Source of the DNA: an uncultured Bdellovibrionales bacterium | GTDB lineage: Bacteria; Bdellovibrionota_C; UBA2361; SZUA-149; CALKYB01 | Length of the DNA stretch: 64,000 nucleotides | Direction: 5' to 3' | NCBI GenBank assembly: GCA_964510575.1 | Contig: CAZECN010000005.1 | Location: 18,518 to 82,517, forward strand | Shown here: one piece after another, positions 8,735-17,888 of the stretch | Position numbering within the stretch: the stretch's first letter is position 1 | Layout of the letters: the number at the start of each line of letters is the position of its first letter | Position numbers and translations under genes: made by a program | The notes under the pieces: model-generated | What the model was told of the DNA's origin: nothing | The model's input: the letters and a program-made list of their open reading frames with translations, nothing else | Database searches by the model: none

Positions 8735-11380
8735 ATGAACATTAGTAAAGGTAAAAAACTCTTTCAAACCCGAGATAATGAGGGTTTTGAGGCTGTGCTT
8801 CCTGAGGGAGCACAAGATTCAGCTATTTTGTGGTCTCAGCGTCAAGCTTTGTCTCCTGATGCCGTGCCAGGTTTTGAAAAAAGAATCTCTTCTTTAGCTA
8901 ACTCTCGCCTACCTATCGCGAAGGTTATTGGTTTTGGGGTTGATAGTAAGAGTGAAGGTTGGGCCTTGACCGAAAAAATTAGCGGCGATGACCTTTTTGG
9001 CTTGAAGGGAAGTGAAAGGGAACGAGCTTTCGTAAGAGCTATACAAATTATTGCCGCTTTACATGAACAGGGTGTCTTGCTCGGTGATATTTGTGATGAT
9101 TCTTTTGTTGTGAATGAGTCGGGAGAGGTTTTTCTTCAAAGCTATTTCGGTGGATTTGATTGTACTCAAGAAAAAACGGCAATGATTCCTCCAAAGGAAA
9201 CATTGTACTACTTAGCACCGGAGCAGCGTACAGGAGGAACACCTTCTTATAGTAATGATGTCTTTTCCTTAGGTGTTCTTGGCTATAAAATGTTTACTGG
9301 TAGCTATCCAGGAAAAGCAAATGGAGTGGAGGGTGCTGATAGCATCACTGCCAAAAGTGTAGCACCATCCAGTGTCGATCCTTCGATTCCTGAGTGGGTT
9401 GATGATGTCATTAGCGATTGTCTGATTTCTGGACAGGCTGGACGGTTCCGTGATGCCTCTAAATGTGTTGAAATTGTAAAGAGGGCTTTGCAGTCGGGTG
9501 AACGTCCTGGAAGTAAAGGGAAGTGGGCTCAGGTTTTGTCTGACAAGATTGCAGATGCTGAGCCCCAGATTGGTGAACCTGACTCCCAGGCTAATCAGGC
9601 GGTTCTTGTGGATCCCCCAAGTGCGGGAGCTGAAAATATATCAGAGAGATCTTCTACAACAACTACTGGCCCTAATAGTTCAGCAATCGCTCTTGGAAAT
9701 GGCCCTGACGAACTTCCTGAAGAAAGATCATTGGTTAAAATGACTGATCCTGAGTTCGCTTTGAAAAGTCGTCGAGTGGATAATGACTTGGTTAGAAAGT
9801 CTAAATCTGAAGTTGGTAGTCGACAGAAGCAAAAAGCAAAAGCTGAAAAAGATTTTTATGAAGACGAGATGCAAGGAAGACAGTCTTCTTTTAGTTTTTT
9901 TGACATTTGGCGCATAGTTTCAACCTTAATATGTCTTTCTATTGTAGCGGCATTGGGATTGTTTACTTATAGGTTTATTTACGGAGATCTCAGTACAACT
10001 AAACTAGGCCAGGGGCTGGAAATTGATGTTGAAGCTGCGCCTCCGGCATTAAAGCCGTCCATTAACGATCTAAAGTCAGCAGCGGTCTCTGTTGAGGTTA
10101 AAAAAGATGCTTTGAAAAGAATTGCCGACTTTGACGATCCAGTATCGCATAACGTTTTAGTTTCTGTAATTTTGGAATCTGAGGATCCAGAATTGAAGAA
10201 ATTGTCTCGCGAGTTAGTTATTGATCGTCTCTCCAGGGGAGGCTTAAGTCGTTCAGCTAATTTGTTGGAGAATTGGTTTGTCAATATGAACAAGAGCAAG
10301 CGAAATGTTGATCAACATTTGGTGAATGTCTTGCGTGTTTTTGATCAAACTATTCCATTAGAAGCAAGGCAGTCTCGCTTGAGAGGTCTTTATGAAGAAA
10401 TGCCAGAGTTTGGCCTTCAATTCGCGGCTGCGCTTGGATTAGATACTGGTGGAGATGAGTCTTTTACTCCTTTACTTAGAGCTTTTGTTAAAGAAAAGTT
10501 TGGTTATTCTGATCTTGAAGATAAGAGTGTTTATGCCATTATTCTGTCCGAAGAATCTCTATTGAATCAGTTTGAAGGGGATCTTAAGAGCTTTCTGAAA
10601 GAGCTATCCGCCAACGATTTGGCTTGGGGAATGCTTTACTTAGCGAGGCAGAATAGCCTCACCCTTAAAGACGTGGCCAAGGAAGTTGGAATTAGAGAGG
10701 TAGTACCAAGATTTCAATCTGAATTTGTGGAGATGCTTTCGAAGTTGGATCATTTTCCTTTAGAGAAAAATGTAAAACTAGCGCTGGTTCGAGGTGCTCG
10801 TGGCGAAACTAAGCTAGATGACGTGAATGTTATTGGTCGATGGTATGATCAAAATGCGGAGCGTGCTCTGTTAGTGATCTGTGCTATTTCGAAAGATAAG
10901 AGGGTCAAAGAGCATGCATTTTCTACTTTAGCTGGACGGACTTTGAGTGCCGAGCCTGCTCGAACTTTAGTTGGTTGGGTTAAGAGCAAATATTGGGCTA
11001 GAAGGTCGCGTTTGGCTACACCAGTAGCTATTTTGTCTCTTCAAGACGTTTCTACTGAGCAAGATTTGCAAACTGCGTTTGATCAGTTGGCCCCGTATTT
11101 TTCTGGAAATACAATTTTTGATACTTTTGATAAGATCGGCGACTCCGCTCTAACTTTACTAGCACTAAGGAGAGTAGGTGCATCATTGCCAAGCCCGGTT
11201 TTAATTGAGCTACTTTCTAACAAGAAAAAAGAGGTTCGAATGGAAGCTGTAAAATCCCTTAGTGGCAGAAACGATTTAGCTGTTCTTCACGCGATCACAA
11301 AAGCGCACAGGAAAGAGAAGGATCCAGATGTTTTAGCCGCTTTTGAGGAACATCACTGGAATACTAGGGATCGATCTTAG
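8735..11380 (+). CDS. Transmembrane Hanks-type Ser/Thr protein kinase-like protein with degenerate catalytic motifs (probable pseudokinase) and C-terminal HEAT/PBS-lyase-like repeats
   Basis: The N-terminal ~260 aa carry the kinase C-lobe signatures LAPEQ (APE motif) and DVFSLGVLGYKMFTG (subdomain IX). The catalytic loop reads LLGDICDDSF instead of HRDLKPxN, and the DFG position reads YFG. A single TM follows (IWRIVSTLICLSIVAALGLFTYRFIY), then ~470 aa with HEAT-like repeats (e.g. KKEVRMEAVKSLSGRNDLAVLHAI). Confidence 0.6.
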   Translation: MNISKGKKLFQTRDNEGFEAVLPEGAQDSAILWSQRQALSPDAVPGFEKRISSLANSRLPIAKVIGFGVDSKSEGWALTEKISGDDLFGLKGSERERAFVRAIQIIAALHEQGVLLGDICDDSFVVNESGEVFLQSYFGGFDCTQEKTAMIPPKETLYYLAPEQRTGGTPSYSNDVFSLGVLGYKMFTGSYPGKANGVEGADSITAKSVAPSSVDPSIPEWVDDVISDCLISGQAGRFRDASKCVEIVKRALQSGERPGSKGKWAQVLSDKIADAEPQIGEPDSQANQAVLVDPPSAGAENISERSSTTTTGPNSSAIALGNGPDELPEERSLVKMTDPEFALKSRRVDNDLVRKSKSEVGSRQKQKAKAEKDFYEDEMQGRQSSFSFFDIWRIVSTLICLSIVAALGLFTYRFIYGDLSTTKLGQGLEIDVEAAPPALKPSINDLKSAAVSVEVKKDALKRIADFDDPVSHNVLVSVILESEDPELKKLSRELVIDRLSRGGLSRSANLLENWFVNMNKSKRNVDQHLVNVLRVFDQTIPLEARQSRLRGLYEEMPEFGLQFAAALGLDTGGDESFTPLLRAFVKEKFGYSDLEDKSVYAIILSEESLLNQFEGDLKSFLKELSANDLAWGMLYLARQNSLTLKDVAKEVGIREVVPRFQSEFVEMLSKLDHFPLEKNVKLALVRGARGETKLDDVNVIGRWYDQNAERALLVICAISKDKRVKEHAFSTLAGRTLSAEPARTLVGWVKSKYWARRSRLATPVAILSLQDVSTEQDLQTAFDQLAPYFSGNTIFDTFDKIGDSALTLLALRRVGASLPSPVLIELLSNKKKEVRMEAVKSLSGRNDLAVLHAITKAHRKEKDPDVLAAFEEHHWNTRDRS

Positions 11381-11401
11381 TTAGCGATTGGAATATTCTT
11401 A

Positions 11402-12793
11402 ATGTTTGCTTTAGAAATTGATTTTCATGATGGCGTTAGTAGTCCGGAAGTTCTGCTAATTAGAAGGCCAATTGCCTTGGTTGGCACTAGTGAGTTTGCC
11501 CATGTTGTAATCGATGGTGCTGCGGCTAATCTCGCTGAACTAAGAATTTTTCGAGAGATAGAGGGAGGATTTTCTTGCCAAGTGAATTCTCGAGATCGGG
11601 GAGCTGAAAATTCTAGAAAAGATGAAAGTTTTGATAAGTTTGCTAGGTTGGAACTTGGCGAAGTGACGACTTCAGTCACTTCCCTAGACTATGATCTTGC
11701 TGTCAGGCCGGAGGAGTCACCGGATAGTGCCGCGCTGAGAATTGCTCAAGAGGCTCTAACCAGCAGAGCACCTAAGCTTCCAGCATTGGCTTTGCTGGGA
11801 GCAAAAACTGTCTTTGTTTCCATTCTGGCGAATACAGGGGTGGTATTGGGCCGTTCAAGGAAGAGTTTAATTCGTTTAGATGCGCCTGATGTCAGTGGTG
11901 AACATGCCAGGATGGGTTATGACAATAATAGCTTTTGGATTGAGGATCTAGGGAGTACCAATGGTACTTTTGTCGAAGGAGAAAGAATTTCTGGTAGAGT
12001 TAATTTTATCCCTGGGCAGAGAGTGAGGCTAGGGGGTGAAACTGTAATTGGAGGAGTCGAGAAAGCGCAGGATGTGGAGCTTTATCGGAATATTGAAGGT
12101 GAGGCCAAGCAGGATGACCCTCGAGGCAAGTATCCTTGTGTTGTATCAAATTCCGAACTTATTAAACCGGCTCGTATACCTCTGGTTTTAGGTAGAACTA
12201 TTTCGATGGGAAGAGATCCTTCTAATGATATCTGGGTTGGAGCATCGCACATTTCAAGGAACCATTGTTATGTAACTTTCGAGGACAGTGGAACAGTTAG
12301 TGTCAAGGACGAAAGTTCCAACGGAACGTTTTTAGGTGAATCCAAACTCAACAAGGGAGAGGCTACTGACATTGTCTCAGATAATTCCATCATCCATTTA
12401 GGCTCAGAACTTTGTATTAAAGTTTGTTTTGATAAAGCTAGTGAAGAAACTTTTCTTGAAGAGCACAAGCAAATTGAGCCAGAGTTTGTTAAGGAATCAG
12501 ATATTAATGCGATGGAATTAACATCACTATCTGCTAAAGCAGTCAGCCCTGCCACAGACGATCCTGAAAACAGGATTGAAGGCGATGGGGTTTTTGCAAA
12601 GTTAGCAAGGAAACGTTCTAGTGAGTCTAATCTTTTGAACCCTGTTTTAGATCCTAACCGAATGCAGTCAAAGCTTAGCACTCAATCTATTCAGAGAAAA
12701 AACTCTTCTCGCCTTATTACTTCCCTAGCTCTTGTCTTTTGCATATTAATATTGTTGGGCTGGATTGCTTATAATCTTTACAGAATAATATAG
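11402..12793 (+). CDS. Multi-FHA-domain protein with C-terminal membrane anchor (SctD/YscD/CdsD-like cytoplasmic part, no periplasmic domain)
   Basis: At least two FHA domains (VVLGRSRKSLIRLD...GEHARMGYDNNSFWIEDLGSTNGTFVEGERI and LVLGRTISMGRDPSNDIWVGASHISRNHCYVTFEDSGTVSVKDESSNGTFLG), plus a degenerate N-terminal FHA-like segment. One TM sits at the extreme C-terminus (LITSLALVFCILILLGWIAYNLY). Confidence 0.7.
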   Translation: MFALEIDFHDGVSSPEVLLIRRPIALVGTSEFAHVVIDGAAANLAELRIFREIEGGFSCQVNSRDRGAENSRKDESFDKFARLELGEVTTSVTSLDYDLAVRPEESPDSAALRIAQEALTSRAPKLPALALLGAKTVFVSILANTGVVLGRSRKSLIRLDAPDVSGEHARMGYDNNSFWIEDLGSTNGTFVEGERISGRVNFIPGQRVRLGGETVIGGVEKAQDVELYRNIEGEAKQDDPRGKYPCVVSNSELIKPARIPLVLGRTISMGRDPSNDIWVGASHISRNHCYVTFEDSGTVSVKDESSNGTFLGESKLNKGEATDIVSDNSIIHLGSELCIKVCFDKASEETFLEEHKQIEPEFVKESDINAMELTSLSAKAVSPATDDPENRIEGDGVFAKLARKRSSESNLLNPVLDPNRMQSKLSTQSIQRKNSSRLITSLALVFCILILLGWIAYNLYRII

Positions 12794-13020
12794 AGCAAGG
12801 CTGCCTTCTTTAAGTTAGATAAAGTGATTTTTAGGCTTTAAACAGCTAAATTTAGCTAGAATTTCCCTGATTCCTAAAGTTTTTTTAATAGAATTTATTT
12901 GATAACTCTTCACTCCCGATGCATCTAAAAGTAGGGGAAAGTTTACTAGCCGGATCGCCTTTAATCCTTTTTGTCTTTTTCGACAATGTAGCGTGATGAT
13001 TTAACCACTTTGGTGTTTTT

Positions 13021-14142
13021 ATGAGTAATGAAGATACAGAGCTGACATTTGTTCGTTGTCCTAGTTGTAGGAGCTTAATACCTGCGATCGCAAAGCGATG
13101 TCGAATGTGTGGTCATGCATTTTCAGAAGGTGAGACTACTCCGACTGAGGAATCGTCAGAAGATTCCTCTAAGTCTAGAATAAGACAGCGTTCTTCAACT
13201 AATTTTATTGGCATAAAGGCACCCGCAGATGAAGCGGAAGTTGAGAAAAAAGAAAATCATCCAATCGAGGATGATAATGAGGGTTTGGATACAAATAACC
13301 CCGCCAGTGTAGAAGTAGATAACGAATGGTCTAGGCCCAATACCTCGAATCAATTTCTTAAGAGTTTTAATAGTTCTGAGAAAGTTCAATCACCGGAGCC
13401 TGTAGAAAAGCAGGAGAGAGCAGAGCAGGTTTCTGCTTCGGCGTCTCCAAATATGGAGAACCAGGAGGATTCCGAGCCCAAGAGAAAGAGAAAGAGAAGA
13501 CGAAGAAAAAGAAAGAAACCTGAGACAGAAACTGTTGAGGTTAAGTCTGAAGTCGAAAGCTCGACCGATGTTCAAGAAACGGAGGTAGAAATGGAAGAAC
13601 CGAGAAATTCAAGAAGGTTTTCTGAGGAGACCTCAGAAAGAGACTATCATAGTGAAGAAAATGACGCGGAGTTACCTGAACAAAATGCGGAACCTGCCTC
13701 AAGACCTCAACGAAGAACCAAAAGAGAGAGAGCGCCAATGAATAGTAATTCTTCTGACCTAGTTGGCTGGTTAGTCAACTTTGAAACGCCCACTGGTCAG
13801 GGAACTGAGCTGCGAGCCGGTAGATTTTTCGTTAGTTCAGAGCAAGTTAAGCCTGATGACCTAGTGCTTAATGATTCAAGTATCTCAGTTCCTCATTGTA
13901 TTTTTAAAGCCACCAAGGAAGATGGATTTAAAGTTCAAGATTTGATGAGTGAAAATGGAACTTGGATAAAGAAGGCCGGAGAAAGTGACTATAAAGAGTT
14001 GGTTGAAGCTCAGCCTGTTGAGCATGGAGACCATCTTAGATTAGGTGATTTCGAGGTATTGGTTTGCTTGATTCCTAAAGATAAAAAGAAACGCTCATCC
14101 AAAGCTTCAACAAGCAAGACAGTAGACAAGGAAGACAAATAA
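13021..14142 (+). CDS. Zinc-ribbon / acidic-basic low-complexity / C-terminal FHA-domain protein
   Basis: N-terminal CPSC...CRMC zinc-ribbon; highly charged disordered middle (KRKRKRRRRKRKK, E-rich); C-terminal FHA-like domain (ELRAGRFFVSSEQV...CIFKATKEDGFKVQDLMSENGTWIK...GDHLRLGDFEV). Confidence 0.6.
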   Translation: MSNEDTELTFVRCPSCRSLIPAIAKRCRMCGHAFSEGETTPTEESSEDSSKSRIRQRSSTNFIGIKAPADEAEVEKKENHPIEDDNEGLDTNNPASVEVDNEWSRPNTSNQFLKSFNSSEKVQSPEPVEKQERAEQVSASASPNMENQEDSEPKRKRKRRRRKRKKPETETVEVKSEVESSTDVQETEVEMEEPRNSRRFSEETSERDYHSEENDAELPEQNAEPASRPQRRTKRERAPMNSNSSDLVGWLVNFETPTGQGTELRAGRFFVSSEQVKPDDLVLNDSSISVPHCIFKATKEDGFKVQDLMSENGTWIKKAGESDYKELVEAQPVEHGDHLRLGDFEVLVCLIPKDKKKRSSKASTSKTVDKEDK

Positions 14143-14414
14143 TAGAGCCGAATAGGCGCTTTATCTAAATTAATTTGTCTAACTTAATTCGCCAAGATCG
14201 GCATATAGCAGCAGTTTGAGCTTAATTATAGTTGGTTGCACCGTTGGTGGTGCTATTGTAGCCTTTCTCTCAAGACTTAGCACATTCGCGCTATTGCTCT
14301 TGTCTTTTTGCATACAATTTCAAGAGAATTACTTGTTTATAGCGCAAGGCAATGGCCAAGAACATGACTTGGTCAACTAGATTTCTAGAGTTGAATATTT
14401 TAGCAAAACCCACC

Positions 14415-15275
14415 ATGAAAGTTTACCTGTTACTTTTTCTAATATTGGCAGCAAGCTCAGGTTGTAAACAGAACACTGAGTTGTTGAGCAGCTTATCTTC
14501 TAGAGAGTCTATCGAGGTACTCGTTCGCTTAGGCGAGATAGGAATTGAAGTTGAAAGAGTTAAAACTGGTGGAGCTAATAGCTCTTATAAAATTCAGGTG
14601 GCCCAAAGTCAGCATGCTCAAGCTTTAAAAGCACTTCATCAACTGGGCTTACCTCGAGCAATAAAAGATAGTTTAGATTCAATTACTAAACCTGCAGGGC
14701 TTATTCCCAATCCAGCTAAGATCTCTTCTTTGAGACTAGATCATGCTCTAGGGTTGGAGGTTGAAAGGTTGCTTGTTGCTTTACCGGGAGTGACAGAAGC
14801 TAAGGTGGTTGTCCGCTCAAACTTGGGTAGCAGAGACCTTGGTGATAAAACAGGAGGATCCTCTGCTTCAGTTGTCCTTCGTTACCTTTCCCGGACGGGG
14901 AAGTTTTCCTTGTCAGATGAAAGAGTAAAAAAGCTGGTAGCTAAAGGTGTACCAGATTTGAATGAAGAGTCGGTTTTGGTTGAAACTAGCCAGGTTTTTT
15001 TGTCTTCTGGAGCAACAGGTATTGGGGTAAGCGGAGGAGGTGAGGCTAAGGCCTTAAAGTCAATTTGGCCCTTCGGTATTGAAATTGCTGATGATGAGTA
15101 TACCAAGGCTGTGTATATGCTAGCTGGCTCAGGTCTTCTTTTCATCTTTTTAGGTTTGATTCTTGGTTATTTGCTATCTTCTACCTCTGGTAGACTGTTG
15201 TCAGGGGGAAATAGTAGAGCGTTGAGTAATGACAGAAAGAACCTTGAAAGAGGTACAGGGAATTTTTTAAGATAG
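14415..15275 (+). CDS. sctJ: T3SS inner-membrane ring lipoprotein SctJ (YscJ/PrgK/EscJ family)
   Basis: Lipoprotein-type signal MKVYLLLFLILAASSGC like YscJ; ring-building motif region (IEVLVRLGEIGIEVERVK...LEVERLLVALPGVTEAKVVVRSN); C-terminal TM (YMLAGSGLLFIFLGLILGYLL). Its ~290 aa size fits SctJ rather than flagellar FliF. The six-frame ORF begins at 14352; start chosen at the M preceding the signal peptide. Confidence 0.7.
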   Translation: MKVYLLLFLILAASSGCKQNTELLSSLSSRESIEVLVRLGEIGIEVERVKTGGANSSYKIQVAQSQHAQALKALHQLGLPRAIKDSLDSITKPAGLIPNPAKISSLRLDHALGLEVERLLVALPGVTEAKVVVRSNLGSRDLGDKTGGSSASVVLRYLSRTGKFSLSDERVKKLVAKGVPDLNEESVLVETSQVFLSSGATGIGVSGGGEAKALKSIWPFGIEIADDEYTKAVYMLAGSGLLFIFLGLILGYLLSSTSGRLLSGGNSRALSNDRKNLERGTGNFLR

Positions 15276-15318
15276 CTAGGCTTAATAGCTATGAGAATTA
15301 TCAAATAGGTTAAAAAAT

Positions 15319-15546
15319 ATGCCAAACTTAAGTAAGTTTAGAGCCTTAACTAACCGTGAGCAGGCGGTGGTTGCGTTGGCTGTTTTGCTAGATGGCCACG
15401 ATTCTGTGGAGATGCTTGTAAGCGATAGGGATCGAGGAGTTGCTCTTTCTAGGGCGGCTGAGGATCTAGTTGTGCTATCGCCAGACTTGAGAATGCCCTT
15501 GATGGGAACTCTTCTGAGAAGGGCACTTGAAGAAATTGACACGTGA
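15319..15546 (+). CDS. Small helical hypothetical protein in T3SS gene string (function unknown)
   Basis: 75-aa ORF on the operon strand with protein-like composition. An antisense ORF (15282-15542) overlaps, so coding status is uncertain. Confidence 0.3.
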   Translation: MPNLSKFRALTNREQAVVALAVLLDGHDSVEMLVSDRDRGVALSRAAEDLVVLSPDLRMPLMGTLLRRALEEIDT

Positions 15547-15664
15547 TCCCTCGCATTGAATATGGTTTGTTTTTCTTTGGTGGCAGCATCTTACCTATAG
15601 GGCAGTTTTCAGTTTGTAGGGTAGGTTTTCTGGAGGTGAACTTTTCAAAGAGGTTTAAAGTATC

Positions 15665-16141
15665 TTGAGATCTAAGCAGAAATTAGAAGTAATACTTCGC
15701 TCTCTTGAGGTTGAAGAGAGAGGCGCTCTGGAAGAAAAACTTAGAATTGAAGAGATTGCAGATGCTCGGGTGAAGGGGTTGTCGGGCTTGGTCGAAGAAA
15801 GAACAGTTTTATATTCTAAGCTCGACGACCTTTCGCAGTCCCAGAAGCGGGCTTTGGTCGGGGGGAGTAAGGCTGTTAGTCCAGCTGAGATACAGGCTTT
15901 TAAGGGTAGAATAAACAAACAAATTGAAGAGTTGAAGGTTAAAATCGACAAAGCCGATGAGCAGTATAAATTAGCCCGAGAACGTCTGGAACTGGCTGAG
16001 AACGAGTTGTTAGAGGCTCGTATAGGCCGGAAAAAGGTCGAGAAACTTTTGGATTCCAAGAAAGCCCGAGAACAGGTAAAACAGGAGATGGTGGAGGAAC
16101 GGCTACTAGAAGAATATAGTAGCGGAAAAGTGCGCAATTAA
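15665..16141 (+). CDS. Coiled-coil T3SS accessory protein, SctO(FliJ)- or SctL(FliH)-like candidate
   Basis: 158 aa, almost entirely charged heptad-like coiled coil (EELKVKIDKADEQYKLARERLELAENELLEARIGRKKVEKLL). Position between sctJ and sctQ mirrors the sctL/sctO positions in injectisome operons. Apparent TTG start preceded by AAAGAGG. Confidence 0.4.
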   Translation: MRSKQKLEVILRSLEVEERGALEEKLRIEEIADARVKGLSGLVEERTVLYSKLDDLSQSQKRALVGGSKAVSPAEIQAFKGRINKQIEELKVKIDKADEQYKLARERLELAENELLEARIGRKKVEKLLDSKKAREQVKQEMVEERLLEEYSSGKVRN

Positions 16142-16155
16142 TCTTAGCTTTTATA

Positions 16156-17214
16156 ATGTCTACAGTCGGAAAATTAGTCGGAAAAGATGCGAGTCCAATA
16201 CCCTGGTCCCCCAAGGATTTGTTGCCGACTCTATCCTCTAATCAAATTCGATTTAGCAGGGGGTTTTTGCGGAGTGATGTTAGTGTATGGCTTGCGGACT
16301 TTGTAAAGTCTTGGCAATTGCTTCTACATTCTCTTGGCTTAAAAGTTGAACTAAGTTCAGTCAATAATCAATTTAATTTTCCTGAATCTCTGAGTCGAGT
16401 GATACCCATTGAATTGGATGACGAGACTGCAGTCATTGGAATGGATGATGAAAGTCAGGAGATAGTTTCATCTGTAGTGGCGAAAGGATCTGAGTCAACC
16501 GCTGTTGATGTTATTGTCGAATACTTTGAACGTCGAATGCTTAGTTGTGTTAGTCAGCATTGGTCTGGTCCGATGCCTCTTAAAGCTAGGTATCTAGCAG
16601 ATAGTGAATCTACAGCGGTGGATGTTGTTGGTACCATTTGCTTTGTTTTTACCGCAGGAGGTAAAGACTTTAAACTGTGGCTTGGTTTAGGGCCAAGGGC
16701 TGTTGAGAGAATAGACGGCCTATGGAGAAAACAACTTTTTGAAGAAAAAAGTAATTTGCCCGGTCCGAAACTGCCTCAATTATCTACTGTGGATATAGAC
16801 TTAGTTGAGTTGCTTGTTCCCCCTGCTCTTTTAATTGACTACATGAGGAGTGGTACCGTGGTGGAGTTAGACCTTCCGACAAGCAATAAGGTTAGAGTGA
16901 ACCTGAACGGAAATTTCTGGGCTTATGGGCAGCTGGGACAGTTTGAAGGTAATTTCGCGGTTACGCTTGAGGACTTTGAGGCTAAAGAAAAGTCAGAAAA
17001 CGATAGCTCTAGCACAACCAAAGTTAGTGTTCAGCTTGCGGTTGAAGAAATAGATCGTGAGGCTGTTTTAGAGTTCGGCCAGGAGCAGTCTATTCTTTCT
17101 ACTCAAGTTGCAGTTAACGATAGAGCCAGTCTCATTATTAGTGGAGAAAGAGTTGCCTCTGCTATAATTGGCGAGTTGGATGGTAAGTTTGCTTTGACTG
17201 TGTTGCCGAAATGA
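16156..17214 (+). CDS. sctQ: T3SS cytoplasmic sorting platform/C-ring protein SctQ (FliN/YscQ SpoA domain)
   Basis: C-terminal SpoA domain: GTVVELDLPTSNKVRVNLNGNFWAYGQLGQFEGNFAVTLEDF, and a second SpoA-like segment DRASLIISGERVASAIIGELDGKFALTV. 352 aa. Stop overlaps the sctR start (ATGA). Confidence 0.7.
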   Translation: MSTVGKLVGKDASPIPWSPKDLLPTLSSNQIRFSRGFLRSDVSVWLADFVKSWQLLLHSLGLKVELSSVNNQFNFPESLSRVIPIELDDETAVIGMDDESQEIVSSVVAKGSESTAVDVIVEYFERRMLSCVSQHWSGPMPLKARYLADSESTAVDVVGTICFVFTAGGKDFKLWLGLGPRAVERIDGLWRKQLFEEKSNLPGPKLPQLSTVDIDLVELLVPPALLIDYMRSGTVVELDLPTSNKVRVNLNGNFWAYGQLGQFEGNFAVTLEDFEAKEKSENDSSSTTKVSVQLAVEEIDREAVLEFGQEQSILSTQVAVNDRASLIISGERVASAIIGELDGKFALTVLPK

Positions 17215-17888
17215 CAGTGTCTGAAATAATTGTTGGACTAGGGTATGATTTTCTTCCCTTAGTAAGCATAGGTTTCTTTGTTATTCTATTTAGCAGTTAC
17301 GTCAAAATATCTACAGTTCTATCTATTTTAAGATCAGGACTAGGGGCTTTTAGTATACCGTCTGCCATGGTTACTGGTTCTCTCGCTTTGGTCTTGAGCT
17401 TTTTTGTTATGTATCCGTACATTAATGAGGCTGCTTCTTCTATAGACAGGGTGGTAAGTTCCTCTGGATCGGTTAATTCTAGTGTTAGGGTTAAGGCTCT
17501 AGGAGAAGCTGGTAAGTCTTGGAAGAAGTTTTTGTTGAAGCATAGTGATCCGGAAGTGATTAGTGAACTTGCTACAATCGCCAATAAGATTGACGAATCG
17601 GCTGAGACTAAAGTAGCCGATAGCCTTGATACTAAGGAGCTTAGAGATTGGAGAATTTTGGCGCCTGCCTTTTATCTCTCTGAGTTAAGAGAGGCTTTCG
17701 CAATCGGATTGAGTCTCTTTTTGCCTTTTTTAGTTGTAGATCTATGCGTAGCTCATATTTTGGTGGCTTTAGGAGTGAATAAGGTTGATCCTTCTATGGT
17801 CTCTTTGCCCCTAAAACTCTTGCTTTTTGTTATGTTAGACGGATGGGCGTTGATCGCAGGAAATCTTCTATCGAGTTATGGAGGTTGA
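17211..17888 (+). CDS. sctR: T3SS export apparatus protein SctR (FliP family)
   Basis: FliP/SctR-like TM topology and conserved blocks (SIPSAMVTGSLALVLSFFVMYPY...AFAIGLSLFLPFLVVDLCVAHILVALGV...LPLKLLLFVMLDGWALIAGNLLSSY). Confidence 0.85.
   Translation: MTVSEIIVGLGYDFLPLVSIGFFVILFSSYVKISTVLSILRSGLGAFSIPSAMVTGSLALVLSFFVMYPYINEAASSIDRVVSSSGSVNSSVRVKALGEAGKSWKKFLLKHSDPEVISELATIANKIDESAETKVADSLDTKELRDWRILAPAFYLSELREAFAIGLSLFLPFLVVDLCVAHILVALGVNKVDPSMVSLPLKLLLFVMLDGWALIAGNLLSSYGG

Noticed and set aside
15282-15542. 86-aa minus-strand ORF overlapping the 75-aa plus ORF
   Set aside because: S/T/R-rich composition typical of an antisense frame; all neighbouring genes are on the plus strand. The plus ORF is itself kept only at low confidence.
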